Positions 1 to 8,824 are shown, counted from the first letter of the stretch. The stretch: 32,000 nucleotides of DNA from Bellilinea caldifistulae (GCF_001306055.1 NZ_LGHJ01000014.1:30001-62000); one strand, 5' to 3'. Notes: generated from the sequence alone by a model not told the origin. Numbers and translations: made by a program.

Positions 1-1257
1 CTGGCAGCCAGTCATGAGCATGGGATTTACCGAAGCCAGGATTATGGCACTACCTGGCAGGCAGCCAATTCGGGAATCAGCGACCTTTCCGGGCGGGCAG
101 TGGTTTTTGACCCGCGCGGCCGGATTGCTTATCTGGGGGTGTGGCATCGCACCGGCGAGTTCAAAACGCTCAACGGTGGGGATGGCTGGATCTTACAATC
201 CAACGGCCTGACGGGTTCAAAAATTTACGATCTGGTGGTCAACCCCCATAACCCCGAGCAATTGCTGGCGGCTACCTTCATGATGAATTTTTCGGATACC
301 GAGCGCGGGGTGGCGCGCAGTGACAACGGCGGCGAGCTGTGGGTCAAATCCGGCTTACAGCCGTATTTTATCTACACGGTGGCGGTCAATCCGTTCAACG
401 GCAATGAGATGCTGGCCGGTACGGTGGATTACGGTGTTTTCCGCTCGACGGACGGCGGTAAAAACTGGATTGCCCGCAATGAGGGTTTAATCAACGCAAC
501 CGTCACGCATCTGACTTTCGATCCGAATTTACCGCAGGTCTGGTATGCTGCCGTGCAGGGACGGGGGGTGTGGCGTTCGCCGGATGGCGGAAACCACTGG
601 CAACCGTTCGGCGAGGGGCTGGAAACCACGAGCGTTTACAGCCTTGCCTGGGAGGGACAAGACTCCCGGCGTATTCTTGCCCTCACGCCGGCTGGCTGGA
701 TGGCAGCGGATAGTGACGGAGAAGGGACATGGGAAGCGGTTGAGCCGACTCAAATAGCGGTGGATGAGATGACTTACCGGTCTTTTACGGACTGGCAGGA
801 GTACCAACCGCCAAAGCCGGGGTTTGAATTTGAGGTGCACCCCAGCCGGTCGGTTCAACCTGTCCTGAACGGAATGTCCCTTCCTGGTAACGGTGTCATG
901 AGTGACGCATTGCCGGTTGATGTGAGGATTTACACTTTGCTTCAAGCCCCGTTAGAAGGCTGGCTGGCTGGGACGAGCGATGGGATTTATCAACGAGAGA
1001 GCGGGGCTGCCTGGCAACCAGTCGGTTTGCAGGGGCAGACGGTGGTGGGGCTGGCGATTGATCCGCTTCGCAGAGATTGGATTGTGGCTGTTACCCCATC
1101 CCAAATCTGGTTGAGCCGGGATGCTGGACGTACCTGGCAGATGCAGGATGCCGGCATGCCCCTGGACGGCATTCAAGGGGTCTGGTTTAACCCGCAGGGA
1201 CGTTTGTTGGTCAGTCTTGTTCACCGCGGGCTGCTTTGCCTTGACCGGCCATGGTGA
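1..1257 (+). CDS. BNR/Asp-box repeat beta-propeller protein (5' end lies upstream of the window)
   Basis: Frame 1 is open from base 1. The translation LAASHEHGIYRSQDYGTTWQAANSGI... runs into the listed 100..1257 ORF without a stop, so the GTG at 100 is internal. There are five Asp-box-like motifs (x-x-D-x-G-x-x-W): RSQDYGTTW, RSDNGGELW, RSTDGGKNW, RSPDGGNHW, SRDAGRTW. They are spaced as in sialidase/Ycf48-type propellers. Confidence 0.75.
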   Translation: MAASHEHGIYRSQDYGTTWQAANSGISDLSGRAVVFDPRGRIAYLGVWHRTGEFKTLNGGDGWILQSNGLTGSKIYDLVVNPHNPEQLLAATFMMNFSDTERGVARSDNGGELWVKSGLQPYFIYTVAVNPFNGNEMLAGTVDYGVFRSTDGGKNWIARNEGLINATVTHLTFDPNLPQVWYAAVQGRGVWRSPDGGNHWQPFGEGLETTSVYSLAWEGQDSRRILALTPAGWMAADSDGEGTWEAVEPTQIAVDEMTYRSFTDWQEYQPPKPGFEFEVHPSRSVQPVLNGMSLPGNGVMSDALPVDVRIYTLLQAPLEGWLAGTSDGIYQRESGAAWQPVGLQGQTVVGLAIDPLRRDWIVAVTPSQIWLSRDAGRTWQMQDAGMPLDGIQGVWFNPQGRLLVSLVHRGLLCLDRPW

Positions 1258-1270
1258 CCGCTGCGATACG

Positions 1271-1675
1271 TTATTTGCGCATACGCTGGATTTTTTCTGC
1301 CAGTCGTTCGTCGAACCGGCTGCGATCCATCAGAAAGCGCTCGTGTTCACCTTCGGCGATCTTCTCGATTTCATCCCACGCCTCAACCTTGAAACGCAAC
1401 CGGCGGCCGTCCACTTCCATTAACTCGGCGCAGAATCGCACCTGCATGCCGACCGGTGTGGCGGCCAGATGGCGGATGTTGATGCACGTCCCTACGCTGC
1501 CTTGATTTTCTTTGAGGTAAGGCAGAAGAGATTGATGGGCGGTGCGTTCCAGATAACCGACCAGTCGCGGAGTGCTCAAAACGGGGGGAAAGCCCTCGCC
1601 GGCAGAAAAACGAGCGGTATCGCTTTCCTGAACGGTGATGGTCAATTCAGCCTTCAAGCCGGGTTGTATACTCAT
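1271..1675 (-). CDS. Hotdog-fold thioesterase (fluoroacetyl-CoA-thioesterase-like family)
   Basis: 134-aa ORF. The size and the motif ...GSVGTCINIRHLAATPVGMQV... followed by a long C-terminal strand region are typical of small hotdog thioesterases. GAGGAG Shine-Dalgarno (reverse complement of 1683-1688) lies 7 nt upstream of the ATG at 1675. Confidence 0.65.
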   Translation of the reverse strand: MSIQPGLKAELTITVQESDTARFSAGEGFPPVLSTPRLVGYLERTAHQSLLPYLKENQGSVGTCINIRHLAATPVGMQVRFCAELMEVDGRRLRFKVEAWDEIEKIAEGEHERFLMDRSRFDERLAEKIQRMRK

Positions 1676-1824
1676 GATTGGCTACTCCTCATCGTTTATT
1701 TTGTGCAGGTGAGATCACTGGCTTTATTTTACCGGAATCCGATTGTGCGCGGGATTTTGGCGCTAAAAAAGTCGGAATCACAAAAGTTTTACAAAGTCAT
1801 AACACAGCCAGACTTTGAAAGGTT

Positions 1825-1830
1825 TATAAT
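1825..1830 (+). promoter_or_regulatory. Candidate -10 element (TATAAT) for the ferritin gene
   Basis: Perfect TATAAT 44 nt upstream of the ferritin ATG, in a 198-nt AT-rich divergent intergenic region. No convincing -35 (ACACAG at 17-nt spacing). Confidence 0.25.
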
Positions 1831-1873
1831 AAATTCAGGTACGTAAAATCCGATTCACAAAGGAGAGGAAAAA

Positions 1874-2380
1874 ATGCTCAGCAAACGTTTACTTGACGAA
1901 ATGAACACGCAGATCAAGCTGGAGCTGTACTCCGGCTATCTGTACCTGGCAATGTCGGCTCACTTTGACGAGGCCAATTGGGGCGGTTTTGCCAAATGGC
2001 TGAAACTGCAGGCCAAAGAAGAGCAAGAACATGCCCTGAAATTCTACGAGTACATTCACGACCGCAACGGCAAAGTGACTCTTCAGGCGATTGATGCACC
2101 GCCCAGCCAGTTTGGCACGCCGGTTGAGATCTTCGAAGAAGTCCTCCGCCACGAGCAGTCGGTGACGGCACGCATCAACCTGCTGTACAGCATTGCCGTT
2201 GAAGACAAGGACTATGCCAGCCAGGAATTCCTCAACTGGTTCGTCAAAGAACAGGTGGAGGAAGAGAAGAACGCTACCATGGTGCTGGACTGGCTGAAAG
2301 CCGCGGGTGACTCGGTCAATGCCATGTTCCAGATCAATGCCATGCTGGGCCAGCGTGAGGACGAGGAAGAAGAGGATTAA
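1874..2380 (+). CDS. ftn: Ferritin (bacterial non-haem ferritin family)
   Basis: 168 aa. The N-terminus LLDEMNTQIKLELYSGYLYLAMSAHF... and the ferroxidase-centre pattern ...QAKEEQEHALKFYEYI... are classic Ftn. AAGGAGAGG SD at 1860-1868. There is an unusual acidic tail, REDEEEED. Confidence 0.9.
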   Translation: MLSKRLLDEMNTQIKLELYSGYLYLAMSAHFDEANWGGFAKWLKLQAKEEQEHALKFYEYIHDRNGKVTLQAIDAPPSQFGTPVEIFEEVLRHEQSVTARINLLYSIAVEDKDYASQEFLNWFVKEQVEEEKNATMVLDWLKAAGDSVNAMFQINAMLGQREDEEEED

Positions 2381-2400
2381 GTTAAACCAGAGAGGGCAGG

Positions 2401-2598
2401 ATGAACGCCCAAAATTCTGCAACTGCTAGCGAGCAGTCACCCCAAAAAAAGAACAACACAATCTGGATCATCGTGCTGGTACTTCTAGCACTGATGCTGT
2501 GCGCCTGTCTGGCGGTGATTGTGCTGCTGGGGCTATTCGGCCCGGTAGTGGGAAACGTATTTTCCAATATCATTCTGACTGCTGAACCGCTGCCTTAA
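2401..2598 (+). CDS. Small membrane protein (hypothetical, one TM helix)
   Basis: 65-aa ORF 20 nt after the ferritin stop, with GAGGG 4 nt before the ATG. Hydrophobic stretch IWIIVLVLLALMLCACLAVIVLLGLFGPVV. It is followed by the intrinsic terminator at 2625, so it is probably co-transcribed with ferritin. No recognisable family. Confidence 0.45.
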   Translation: MNAQNSATASEQSPQKKNNTIWIIVLVLLALMLCACLAVIVLLGLFGPVVGNVFSNIILTAEPLP

Positions 2599-2624
2599 GT
2601 GGAGATGCCATCAGCGGAAAATTT

Positions 2625-2658
2625 CACGGCGGGGGTCACCCGCCGTGATTGTTTTTTT
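2625..2658 (+). terminator. Rho-independent terminator after the ferritin/small-protein unit
   Basis: Perfect 9-bp GC-rich stem CACGGCGGG (2625-2633) / CCCGCCGTG (2639-2647), with a 5-nt loop GGTCA, followed by ATTGTTTTTTT (T7 run at 2652-2658). Confidence 0.8.
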
Positions 2659-2668
2659 CGACAAAACC

Positions 2669-2697
2669 TTGTTTTTAGATGGGGTTTTTAGTAAAAT
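2669..2697 (+). promoter_or_regulatory. Candidate sigma70-type promoter for the rhodanese-SufE pair
   Basis: TTGTTT (2669-2674), a 17-nt spacer, then TAAAAT (2692-2697). It lies 34 nt upstream of the ATG at 2731. Confidence 0.4.
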
Positions 2698-2699
2698 AT

Positions 2700-2713
2700 A
2701 TGATAAATATCAT
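2700..2713. promoter_or_regulatory. Palindromic candidate operator ATGATA-AA-TATCAT
   Basis: Perfect 6-2-6 inverted repeat immediately downstream of the candidate -10 and upstream of the GGAGG SD (2721-2725). This is a classic repressor-operator position. It loosely resembles AT-rich Fur-family half-sites (TGATAAT). Confidence 0.35.
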
Positions 2714-2730
2714 CTAAATTGGAGGATAAT

Positions 2731-3588
2731 ATGGCCGAGTACGCACACCCGGAATTTCTGGTTGAGACCGAATGGGTTGCCCAGCACCTCGATGATCCCA
2801 GCGTGCGGATTGTCGAGTCGAATGAGGATGCCCTGCTGTATGATACCGGTCATATCCCCGGCGCGGTGCGGGTGGACTGGTTTACCACACTTCAGCACCC
2901 GGTGCGGCGCGACTTTTTGACCAAAGAGGAATTTGAGGCTTTGTGTTCCAGCCTGGGTATTTCCAATGATACGACGGTGGTGTTTTACGGCGATAAGAGC
3001 AACTGGTTTGCGGTGTATGCGTTCTGGCTGTTTGAATATTACGGACATGAAAAACGTAAAGTGATGAATGGCGGGCGCGCCCGCTGGATCGCCGAAAACC
3101 GTCCGTTGACGACCGAGGTGCCTTCTTACCCGCCCACCACATATCGCGCCAAAGAACCGGACGCCAGCATCCGGGCTTTCCGTGATGATGTCATGCGCCA
3201 CATTCAAGAGCGTTTGCCGCTGGTAGATGTGCGCTCGCCTAAGGAGTACACCGGTGAACTACTGCACATGCCCGGCTACCCGCAGGAAGGCGCTCAGCGC
3301 GGTGGTCACATTCCCGGTGCGGTGAACATTCCCTGGGCGCAGGCCGTAAATGAAGATGGCCGCTTTAAATCACCTGAGGAATTGCGACAACTCTACCAGA
3401 GCCGTGGCGTCACCCCGGACAAAGAGATTATTGCCTACTGCCGGATTGGCGAGCGTTCCTCGCACACCTGGTTTGTGTTGAAGTACCTGCTGGGTTATCC
3501 CAAAGTCCGTAACTACGATGGCTCGTGGACGGAATGGGGCAACCTGGTGGGTGCCCCGATCGAAAAAGGCGAGGGGAGCCAGGTGTGA
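2731..3588 (+). CDS. Thiosulfate/3-mercaptopyruvate sulfurtransferase (tandem rhodanese domains)
   Basis: The start is moved from the track's TTG at 2719 to the ATG at 2731, which has GGAGG 5 nt upstream. Two rhodanese domains. The active-site loop [12 protein letters not shown] and the C-terminal [10 protein letters not shown] are typical of SseA/CysA-type sulfurtransferases. Confidence 0.88.
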   Translation: MAEYAHPEFLVETEWVAQHLDDPSVRIVESNEDALLYDTGHIPGAVRVDWFTTLQHPVRRDFLTKEEFEALCSSLGISNDTTVVFYGDKSNWFAVYAFWLFEYYGHEKRKVMNGGRARWIAENRPLTTEVPSYPPTTYRAKEPDASIRAFRDDVMRHIQERLPLVDVRSPKEYTGELLHMPGYPQEGAQRGGHIPGAVNIPWAQAVNEDGRFKSPEELRQLYQSRGVTPDKEIIAYCRIGERSSHTWFVLKYLLGYPKVRNYDGSWTEWGNLVGAPIEKGEGSQV

Positions 3589-4022
3589 ACGTCAACCTGC
3601 CACCTCGTCTGGCTGAAATCGTCAGCGATTTTGCGGAGTGCGAAGGGCGGGAAAAGCTGGAGTTGCTGCTGGATTATGCGCGCCGCTTCCCCCCGCTTCC
3701 TGCCGAATTCAATGCCGATTCGGATGCCGAAGACGTGCCGGAATGTATGACCCCGGTACGGATGAGCGCCAAATTGACCAACGGACGGCTGACCTTCGCC
3801 TTCGATGTGCCGGCCGAATCCCCGACGGTACGCGGCTATGCCATGATCATCATGGAAGGACTGAACGAAACAACGCCGGAGGAGATTTTAGCCATTCCGG
3901 CGGAGTTTTATTTGCAGATGGGCCTGCAGGATGTGCTGACCGCTCAGCGCCTGAACGGCATGGCTGCCATTCTGGCGCATGTCAAACGACGGGCAGCCGA
4001 GGCGTTGGAGAAAACCGACTAA
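3585..4022 (+). CDS. SufE/CsdE-family sulfur-acceptor protein
   Basis: The likely start is the GTG at 3585, which overlaps the rhodanese TGA (GTGA, 3585-3588), with GAGGGGAG at 3571-3578. The N-terminal part of the track ORF (3525-3584) lies inside the rhodanese gene. Sequence ...[25 protein letters not shown]...VPECMTPV...[19 protein letters not shown] matches the SufE fold pattern, including the conserved Cys. Confidence 0.8.
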   Translation: MNVNLPPRLAEIVSDFAECEGREKLELLLDYARRFPPLPAEFNADSDAEDVPECMTPVRMSAKLTNGRLTFAFDVPAESPTVRGYAMIIMEGLNETTPEEILAIPAEFYLQMGLQDVLTAQRLNGMAAILAHVKRRAAEALEKTD

Positions 4023-5200
4023 ATCACGCCCAGTTTTTTGCCGACTTTTGCAAATGCTTCCAGCCCCTTGTCCAGATCATCCCGGCTATGGGAGGCGGAG
4101 ATCATCACACGGATGCGGGCTTTGCCGCGCGGTACGGTGGGGAAGCCAATCGCCATGGCAAAGACATTTTCTTCAAACAGTTCGCGGCTGAATTGCTGGG
4201 CTAACGGTGCTTCGCCCAGCATGATCGGCGTTATGGGGGTGACGCTTTTACCGGTATCAAAGCCCAGTCGTTTCATCTCGGCTTTGAAATAGCGGGCGTT
4301 TTCCCACAGGCGATCAACCAGATCGGTGGATTCTTCGAGTAAATCCACCGCGGCTATGGCGGCGGCCACATCCGGCGGGGTTACAGCGGAGGAAAACAGG
4401 AACGGACGTCCGCGCTGGCGCAGCCATTCCACAATCAGTGGGTCGCCGGCAACCACACCACCGACCACCCCAAAGGCTTTGGAGAGCGTGCCGACCTCCA
4501 CATCCACTTTGCCGTGCAGGTTGAAATGATCCACGATGCCGCGTCCGCCTTTACCCATGACCCCTTCGCCGTGGGCATCATCCACCATCAACATCACCCC
4601 GTGCTTGCTGGTTACTTCGTAAATTTGATCCAGCGGGGCAATGTCGCCATCCATGCTGAATACCCCGTCGGTGACGGCCAGGGCGCGGCGGTACTTGCCT
4701 TGATTTTCGAGAATCACCCGTTCCAGATCGGTCGGGTCACAGTGGGCGTAGCGGATGATCGGCGCGCCGGAAAGCCGGCAGCCATCAATGATGCTGGCGT
4801 GGTTCAATTCGTCGGAAAAAATGACATCTTCTTTGCCGACCAGCGCCGGAATGGTGGCAAGGTTGGCGGTAAAGCCGGACTGAAAGGTGATTGCTGCCGG
4901 TACTTTTTTGAAAGCCGCCAGCCTTCTTTCAAGTTCAAGGTGGATTTCCATCGTTCCGGCAATGGTGCGTACCGCTGCCGGTCCAACACCGTACCGGTCG
5001 AGAATCTCGCGGGCGGCTTCGATCAGGCGCGGGTGGTTGGCCAGCCCTAAATAATTATTGGAGCAGAAGTTCAGCACCCTTTTACCGTCCACAATCAGCC
5101 AGGCGCCTTGCGGCGAGCCAATCGTGCGGATGCGATTGTATAAGCCGTTCTCTTTGAGCCCTTCGATCTCTTGCTGGATCCAGGTTAAACGTTCGGTCAT
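4019..5200 (-). CDS. kbl: Glycine C-acetyltransferase (2-amino-3-ketobutyrate CoA ligase), PLP-dependent alpha-oxoamine synthase
   Basis: The start is set at the ATG at 5200 (MTERLTW...), with GAGGTGG upstream. The protein resembles E. coli Kbl end to end as I recall that sequence: [53 protein letters not shown] (PLP Lys), [31 protein letters not shown]. BioF-type activity cannot be excluded. Confidence 0.85.
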   Translation of the reverse strand: MTERLTWIQQEIEGLKENGLYNRIRTIGSPQGAWLIVDGKRVLNFCSNNYLGLANHPRLIEAAREILDRYGVGPAAVRTIAGTMEIHLELERRLAAFKKVPAAITFQSGFTANLATIPALVGKEDVIFSDELNHASIIDGCRLSGAPIIRYAHCDPTDLERVILENQGKYRRALAVTDGVFSMDGDIAPLDQIYEVTSKHGVMLMVDDAHGEGVMGKGGRGIVDHFNLHGKVDVEVGTLSKAFGVVGGVVAGDPLIVEWLRQRGRPFLFSSAVTPPDVAAAIAAVDLLEESTDLVDRLWENARYFKAEMKRLGFDTGKSVTPITPIMLGEAPLAQQFSRELFEENVFAMAIGFPTVPRGKARIRVMISASHSRDDLDKGLEAFAKVGKKLGVI

Positions 5201-5254
5201 TGCCACCTCTTTTTGGAATTGGGAATGGGGAATTTGCAGGGACACTTTATTTCA

Positions 5255-6889
5255 TTATACCCCTTCCGTATCATCCGCTCCAAGATACCCCAGCCGTGTG
5301 AGTTCGGCGAGGATGGCTTTTTTTGCGGATGGCCGGATAAGCACCAGGCGGGGGGAAATTTCTTCGATGATATGGCGATTGAGGCGGCTTTTACGCAAAG
5401 CGGCCAGAATAGCGGGGTCTTCTACCCGCAGCAGCATGGCCTGCTGCAGGCGTACCTGAACACCATGCTGCTCCCAGCGCTCCACTGCTTGAAGTAGAGC
5501 CGGCGGCAGAGGATCTGCAACGGCTTTACGCAATAAACCGATCAGGTGGGCGCTGCGCAGTCCCTGCTGACGGGCGCGTTCCAGTGAAGAGGGGGTGATC
5601 TGATAGCGGTATGTGTCCGAATCGCCCGGAAGCCAGTGACAAAAACGGGCAATTTGATAGCGGAGGCTGCGGGGTGCCCGGCGTTCCACCTGAATGATAC
5701 CCTCACTGTTGACTCGGGTTGCGCCGGTTTCCTCTGGCAATCCGGCAGGAGGCCGGTTATTGAACAGGGCTTCGGCCCAGGCCGAAAAACGAAAAGCCAG
5801 CGGGGGAGTCTGGCTGTCACGGCTTGCCAGATCCATCCACCCCAGCCAGTGCAGCGGCGAAGTAATCAGGTAATTCAACAAAGCGCCGTCCACTTCATCC
5901 CAGCATTCAAAGCCGCGCAGGTACTGTCCGTCGCTGTACCGGCGGATGAACCACGAGTCGTAATCACCTGCCGGGCGTTGGAAATCGGGTTGTTCGTGCT
6001 TAACAGCCGTGATGAATGCCCGCAGGTCCCACCAAACTTCCGCCGGGAGTGATTGCAGTAAAGCCAACACGCGCTGGCGGGTTTGAAGGGGATCGTTGCG
6101 CCATTCCCCTTCAAAAGCCAGACCGGGCAGCATTCGCAAATCGTTATAAGCGGTTGAATTCAGCCAGGCCTGTGCCAGATTCAATAAGGCGGCCGCCCGT
6201 TGTGTTTCAAGGAACTGGCGCACCCGTTCAGGCACCGGCTTGTCGTGTTCATCTATCAAACCGGCGGCTACCAGCAAGCCGCGCAAATCGCGCACTGGCA
6301 GGTGGATATGAGGCGCAATCTCGGCTTCGTCCATGCCGATTCGCATCCCGGCCAGGAGGGTGCAGGCATCATCCAGTACCCGGTCGCTGACCGGTATCTC
6401 AACCGCGTAATCCTGAGGGAAGGCAGCCTGTCCCAGTACCGGTGGGGGAGGTGCATCGGGGTCCGGCAGTAAACGGACAAGATCATCCGGTATGTAGGCA
6501 AATTCTTGCGGTTCGGGCGGCAGGTTGAGGAAGGCTTTGCCGATCAGAGCGCGGTACCACAACATTTCGGCAGGAGAAATGGGATTGAGATCGGGCCTTT
6601 CGCGGTCGCGGCGGCCAATCCCAAAGGTGCGAATTTCGCCGTATTTGCGGCTGAACAATCCCCAAGGCAGGCGTCCCTGATGCACCCGCAGGTCTTGAAA
6701 GGCACGCCGGGCGCTCTCCGGCAGGCTGGCAATGATTTCTTCGATCAGCGGCCGGTCTAGCATGGCTTGAATGAGTTCCGGCAGGGCGTGGTGAACATCG
6801 CGGGCTTGGAGTTCCAACCCCCACAATCCGGCTACCATTTTGAGGAAACCGAGGTCATGACCTTGCAGGGTGTGAATCAATTCGGGCAT
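5255..6889 (-). CDS. Hypothetical 544-aa protein; the C-terminus resembles the XPB/Ssl2 N-terminal (Helicase_C_3-type) domain, with no helicase core
   Basis: Long uninterrupted ORF sitting between DagK (stop 6899) and kbl (start 5200) on the same strand. The C-terminal segment ...VQVRLQQAMLLRVEDPAILAALRKSRLNRHIIEEISPRLVLIRPSAKKAILAELTRLGYLG looks like the domain found N-terminal to XPB helicases and in actinobacterial helicase-associated proteins. No Walker motifs are visible. The family assignment is tentative. Confidence 0.5.
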   Translation of the reverse strand: MPELIHTLQGHDLGFLKMVAGLWGLELQARDVHHALPELIQAMLDRPLIEEIIASLPESARRAFQDLRVHQGRLPWGLFSRKYGEIRTFGIGRRDRERPDLNPISPAEMLWYRALIGKAFLNLPPEPQEFAYIPDDLVRLLPDPDAPPPPVLGQAAFPQDYAVEIPVSDRVLDDACTLLAGMRIGMDEAEIAPHIHLPVRDLRGLLVAAGLIDEHDKPVPERVRQFLETQRAAALLNLAQAWLNSTAYNDLRMLPGLAFEGEWRNDPLQTRQRVLALLQSLPAEVWWDLRAFITAVKHEQPDFQRPAGDYDSWFIRRYSDGQYLRGFECWDEVDGALLNYLITSPLHWLGWMDLASRDSQTPPLAFRFSAWAEALFNNRPPAGLPEETGATRVNSEGIIQVERRAPRSLRYQIARFCHWLPGDSDTYRYQITPSSLERARQQGLRSAHLIGLLRKAVADPLPPALLQAVERWEQHGVQVRLQQAMLLRVEDPAILAALRKSRLNRHIIEEISPRLVLIRPSAKKAILAELTRLGYLGADDTEGV

Positions 6890-6898
6890 AGAGGGGGA

Positions 6899-7837
6899 TC
6901 AATCGGATTTTGGAATATTCATGCGTATAGCCGCAGGGATCGCCTGAACACGGATCTGGCGGATGGTCGAATCCAGTCCGGCGTAGATTTCACCATCGGT
7001 ATGAATGTACAGCGGATGATCCGAGACCAGTTCCAGATTCTGGAATCGCCCGTGGCAGGCATACGAAAGACGTTGATGGGTGCCCTGCATGACGAATGGA
7101 ATGGTGTAGAACATTTGCAGGCGGGAAATCTGGCGGATGCCGAGGTAGTCCAGTTTGCCATCGCGCGGGCTGGCCTGGGGGGCAACCCAAAAGGCTCCAC
7201 CTTCACGCCGTCCGTTGCACAGCACCAGCATCAGCAGACGATCCTGCCAGTGTTTGCCATCTTGAACCGCCTGTAACCCGAGCGGCGTGTGATTAAAGAG
7301 AATGGTCTGTAAAGCCGAGAAGAAGTAGATCAAAAATCCACGCACCCAGCGGATGCGGCGCGAGCGGATGTTGACAACGGCATCAAACCCGATGCCCAGT
7401 GTATTCGTCCAGTATTCAGTGTGACCGCGGTCATCCTCGATCCGGGCGATGTCCACTTCGCCAACCGTTCCATCCAGCGCCAGTTTGAGGGCTTCCACCG
7501 GGTCGGTTGGAATGCTCAGGCTGCCGGCCAGATCGTTGCCGGAGCCGACCGGGATGATGCCCATCACCGGGCGTTGTTCGGGCGGCAGTTGCATTAAGCC
7601 GTTCACCACTTCGTGAACGGTGCCATCACCGCCCATGGCAATCAGTTTATGGCAGCCCTGCGTGGCAATTTGGTGGGCCAGTTCAATGGCGTGGCGCGGG
7701 TAAGCGGTGAACACCCATTCTAAATGGGACGAAGGCGGGGAAATTTCTTGCAAACGCGCAGCAACGGCGCTGGCTTTGGTTTGATTGGCATGCGGGTTGC
7801 ACAGAATCACAGTCTTAGAGGACATCATGGCACTCAT
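6899..7837 (-). CDS. Diacylglycerol-kinase-family lipid kinase (YegS/BmrU/DagK type)
   Basis: The hallmark GGDGTVHEVVNGL motif, plus IIPVGSGNDLA and GIGFDA. The start is uncertain among the ATGs at 7837/7828/7825 because there is no clear SD. Confidence 0.85.
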   Translation of the reverse strand: MSAMMSSKTVILCNPHANQTKASAVAARLQEISPPSSHLEWVFTAYPRHAIELAHQIATQGCHKLIAMGGDGTVHEVVNGLMQLPPEQRPVMGIIPVGSGNDLAGSLSIPTDPVEALKLALDGTVGEVDIARIEDDRGHTEYWTNTLGIGFDAVVNIRSRRIRWVRGFLIYFFSALQTILFNHTPLGLQAVQDGKHWQDRLLMLVLCNGRREGGAFWVAPQASPRDGKLDYLGIRQISRLQMFYTIPFVMQGTHQRLSYACHGRFQNLELVSDHPLYIHTDGEIYAGLDSTIRQIRVQAIPAAIRMNIPKSD

Positions 7838-7924
7838 CTGGATGTGGACGGGATGCGCTTGATTATACTCAATTCACCCAACGATATTGTAAGGTCAAAA
7901 GCCATTCTCGGCAGCAGGATTGCG

Positions 7925-7952
7925 TTGTGAATGAGCGTACATTTGTTATAAT
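7925..7952 (+). promoter_or_regulatory. Candidate sigma70-type promoter with extended -10 for the signalling island
   Basis: TTGTGA (7925-7930), a 16-nt spacer, then TGT-TATAAT (TG at 7944-7945, TATAAT at 7947-7952). It lies 34 nt upstream of the ATG at 7986. Confidence 0.45.
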
Positions 7953-7985
7953 TCTTTCAGACTTTCTCGTCTTCCGAGGCTGCAC

Positions 7986-8801
7986 ATGGCATTACGGGGC
8001 AATCTGCGCGATTTTTCCATCACCCAACTCCTCAATCTGATCAATCTGGCGCATAAAAGCGGTACTCTGGTGATTGAAGGCACCAGCGAAGTTGCTCAGA
8101 TTACCTTTCGGGAAGGAAAACTGGCCTATGCCCAGATTGGCAGCGAGGAGAACGATCTGGCAGCCATCTTGCAGCGCAGCCGTAAAATCACACCCAATCA
8201 GGCGCGGGTCATTCGAGAAAGAACCCGGAAGATGAGCGATAAGGAAGTCGGTCTCTTGTTGATCAATGCCGGTTACCTGACCCAGAAAGATATTTTGGAA
8301 AGTGTACAGAATTATTGTGTGGATGTCGTCCGCCGTTTGTTTACGTGGGTGGAGGGTTCGTTTAACTTCAACCCGGATCAATTAACCCCCGATGGTAAGA
8401 TTCCGGTGCGCATTGACCTGGAGAACCTGATTATCGAGGGTTCACGCCAGTTGCGCGAATGGGAGCAGCTGCAGGAAGAGATCCCCAGTCTGGATATGGC
8501 ACTCAAATTTACCGAGCGCCCGGGTACCAACATCCGCAACCTGAACCTGAGTTTGGAAGAATGGCGGGTGGTGCGTTACGTCAACCCAAAGAATACCATC
8601 CGGCAAATTGCACACGCCACCAAAATGAACGATTTGGAAATCCGCCGGGTGGTATATGCCTTGTTACAAGCCGGGTTAGTGGAACTTGTCCGCCCGGGCG
8701 GTGTGCCGTTGGGCGGAATGGTGCGTCCGTTTCAGACCACCAATAAGCAGGAGCAGGTATCTCTGCTCAACCGTTTGATCAACAAGATTCGCTCGATCTA
8801 A
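7986..8801 (+). CDS. DUF4388 (PATAN)-domain protein with a C-terminal winged-helix-like region
   Basis: The N-terminus LRGNLRDFSITQLLNLINLAHKSGTLVIEG..ITFREGKLAYAQ matches the DUF4388/PATAN signature (G-x-L-x-D-F-s-l-x-x-l-L-q-l-l...k-t-G-x-L). C-terminal segment: EEWRVVRYVNPKNTIRQIAHATKMNDLEIRRVVYALLQAGLVEL. Confidence 0.7.
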   Translation: MALRGNLRDFSITQLLNLINLAHKSGTLVIEGTSEVAQITFREGKLAYAQIGSEENDLAAILQRSRKITPNQARVIRERTRKMSDKEVGLLLINAGYLTQKDILESVQNYCVDVVRRLFTWVEGSFNFNPDQLTPDGKIPVRIDLENLIIEGSRQLREWEQLQEEIPSLDMALKFTERPGTNIRNLNLSLEEWRVVRYVNPKNTIRQIAHATKMNDLEIRRVVYALLQAGLVELVRPGGVPLGGMVRPFQTTNKQEQVSLLNRLINKIRSI

Positions 8802-8824
8802 ACCCTGTTTCCTAAGGAAGCACG

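Noticed and set aside
1889-2422. 177-aa minus-strand ORF antisense to ferritin
   Set aside because: It is entirely contained within the clearly recognisable ferritin gene. The translation is low-complexity with no family features, so it is a typical shadow ORF of GC-biased coding DNA.
2710-3207. 165-aa minus-strand ORF antisense to the rhodanese gene
   Set aside because: Shadow ORF. The plus-strand frame carries unmistakable rhodanese motifs.
4019-4022. Convergent genes sharing overlapping stop codons (CTAA at 4019-4022; also TTAA at 30123-30126) with no terminator between them
   Set aside because: Tail-to-tail stop overlaps are common in compact bacterial genomes. I have no evidence of a regulatory role.
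4514-5050. 178-aa plus-strand ORF antisense to kbl
   Set aside because: Shadow ORF inside a gene that resembles Kbl end to end. No SD and no recognisable motifs.
4019-7837. Idea that the DagK-family kinase plus the alpha-oxoamine synthase form a bacterial sphingolipid (Spt + ceramide-kinase-like) operon
   Set aside because: The alpha-oxoamine synthase resembles Kbl along its whole length, including the C-terminal GKxLGVI. No ceramide synthase, reductase or acyl carrier protein gene is present. The middle gene has no lipid-enzyme features.
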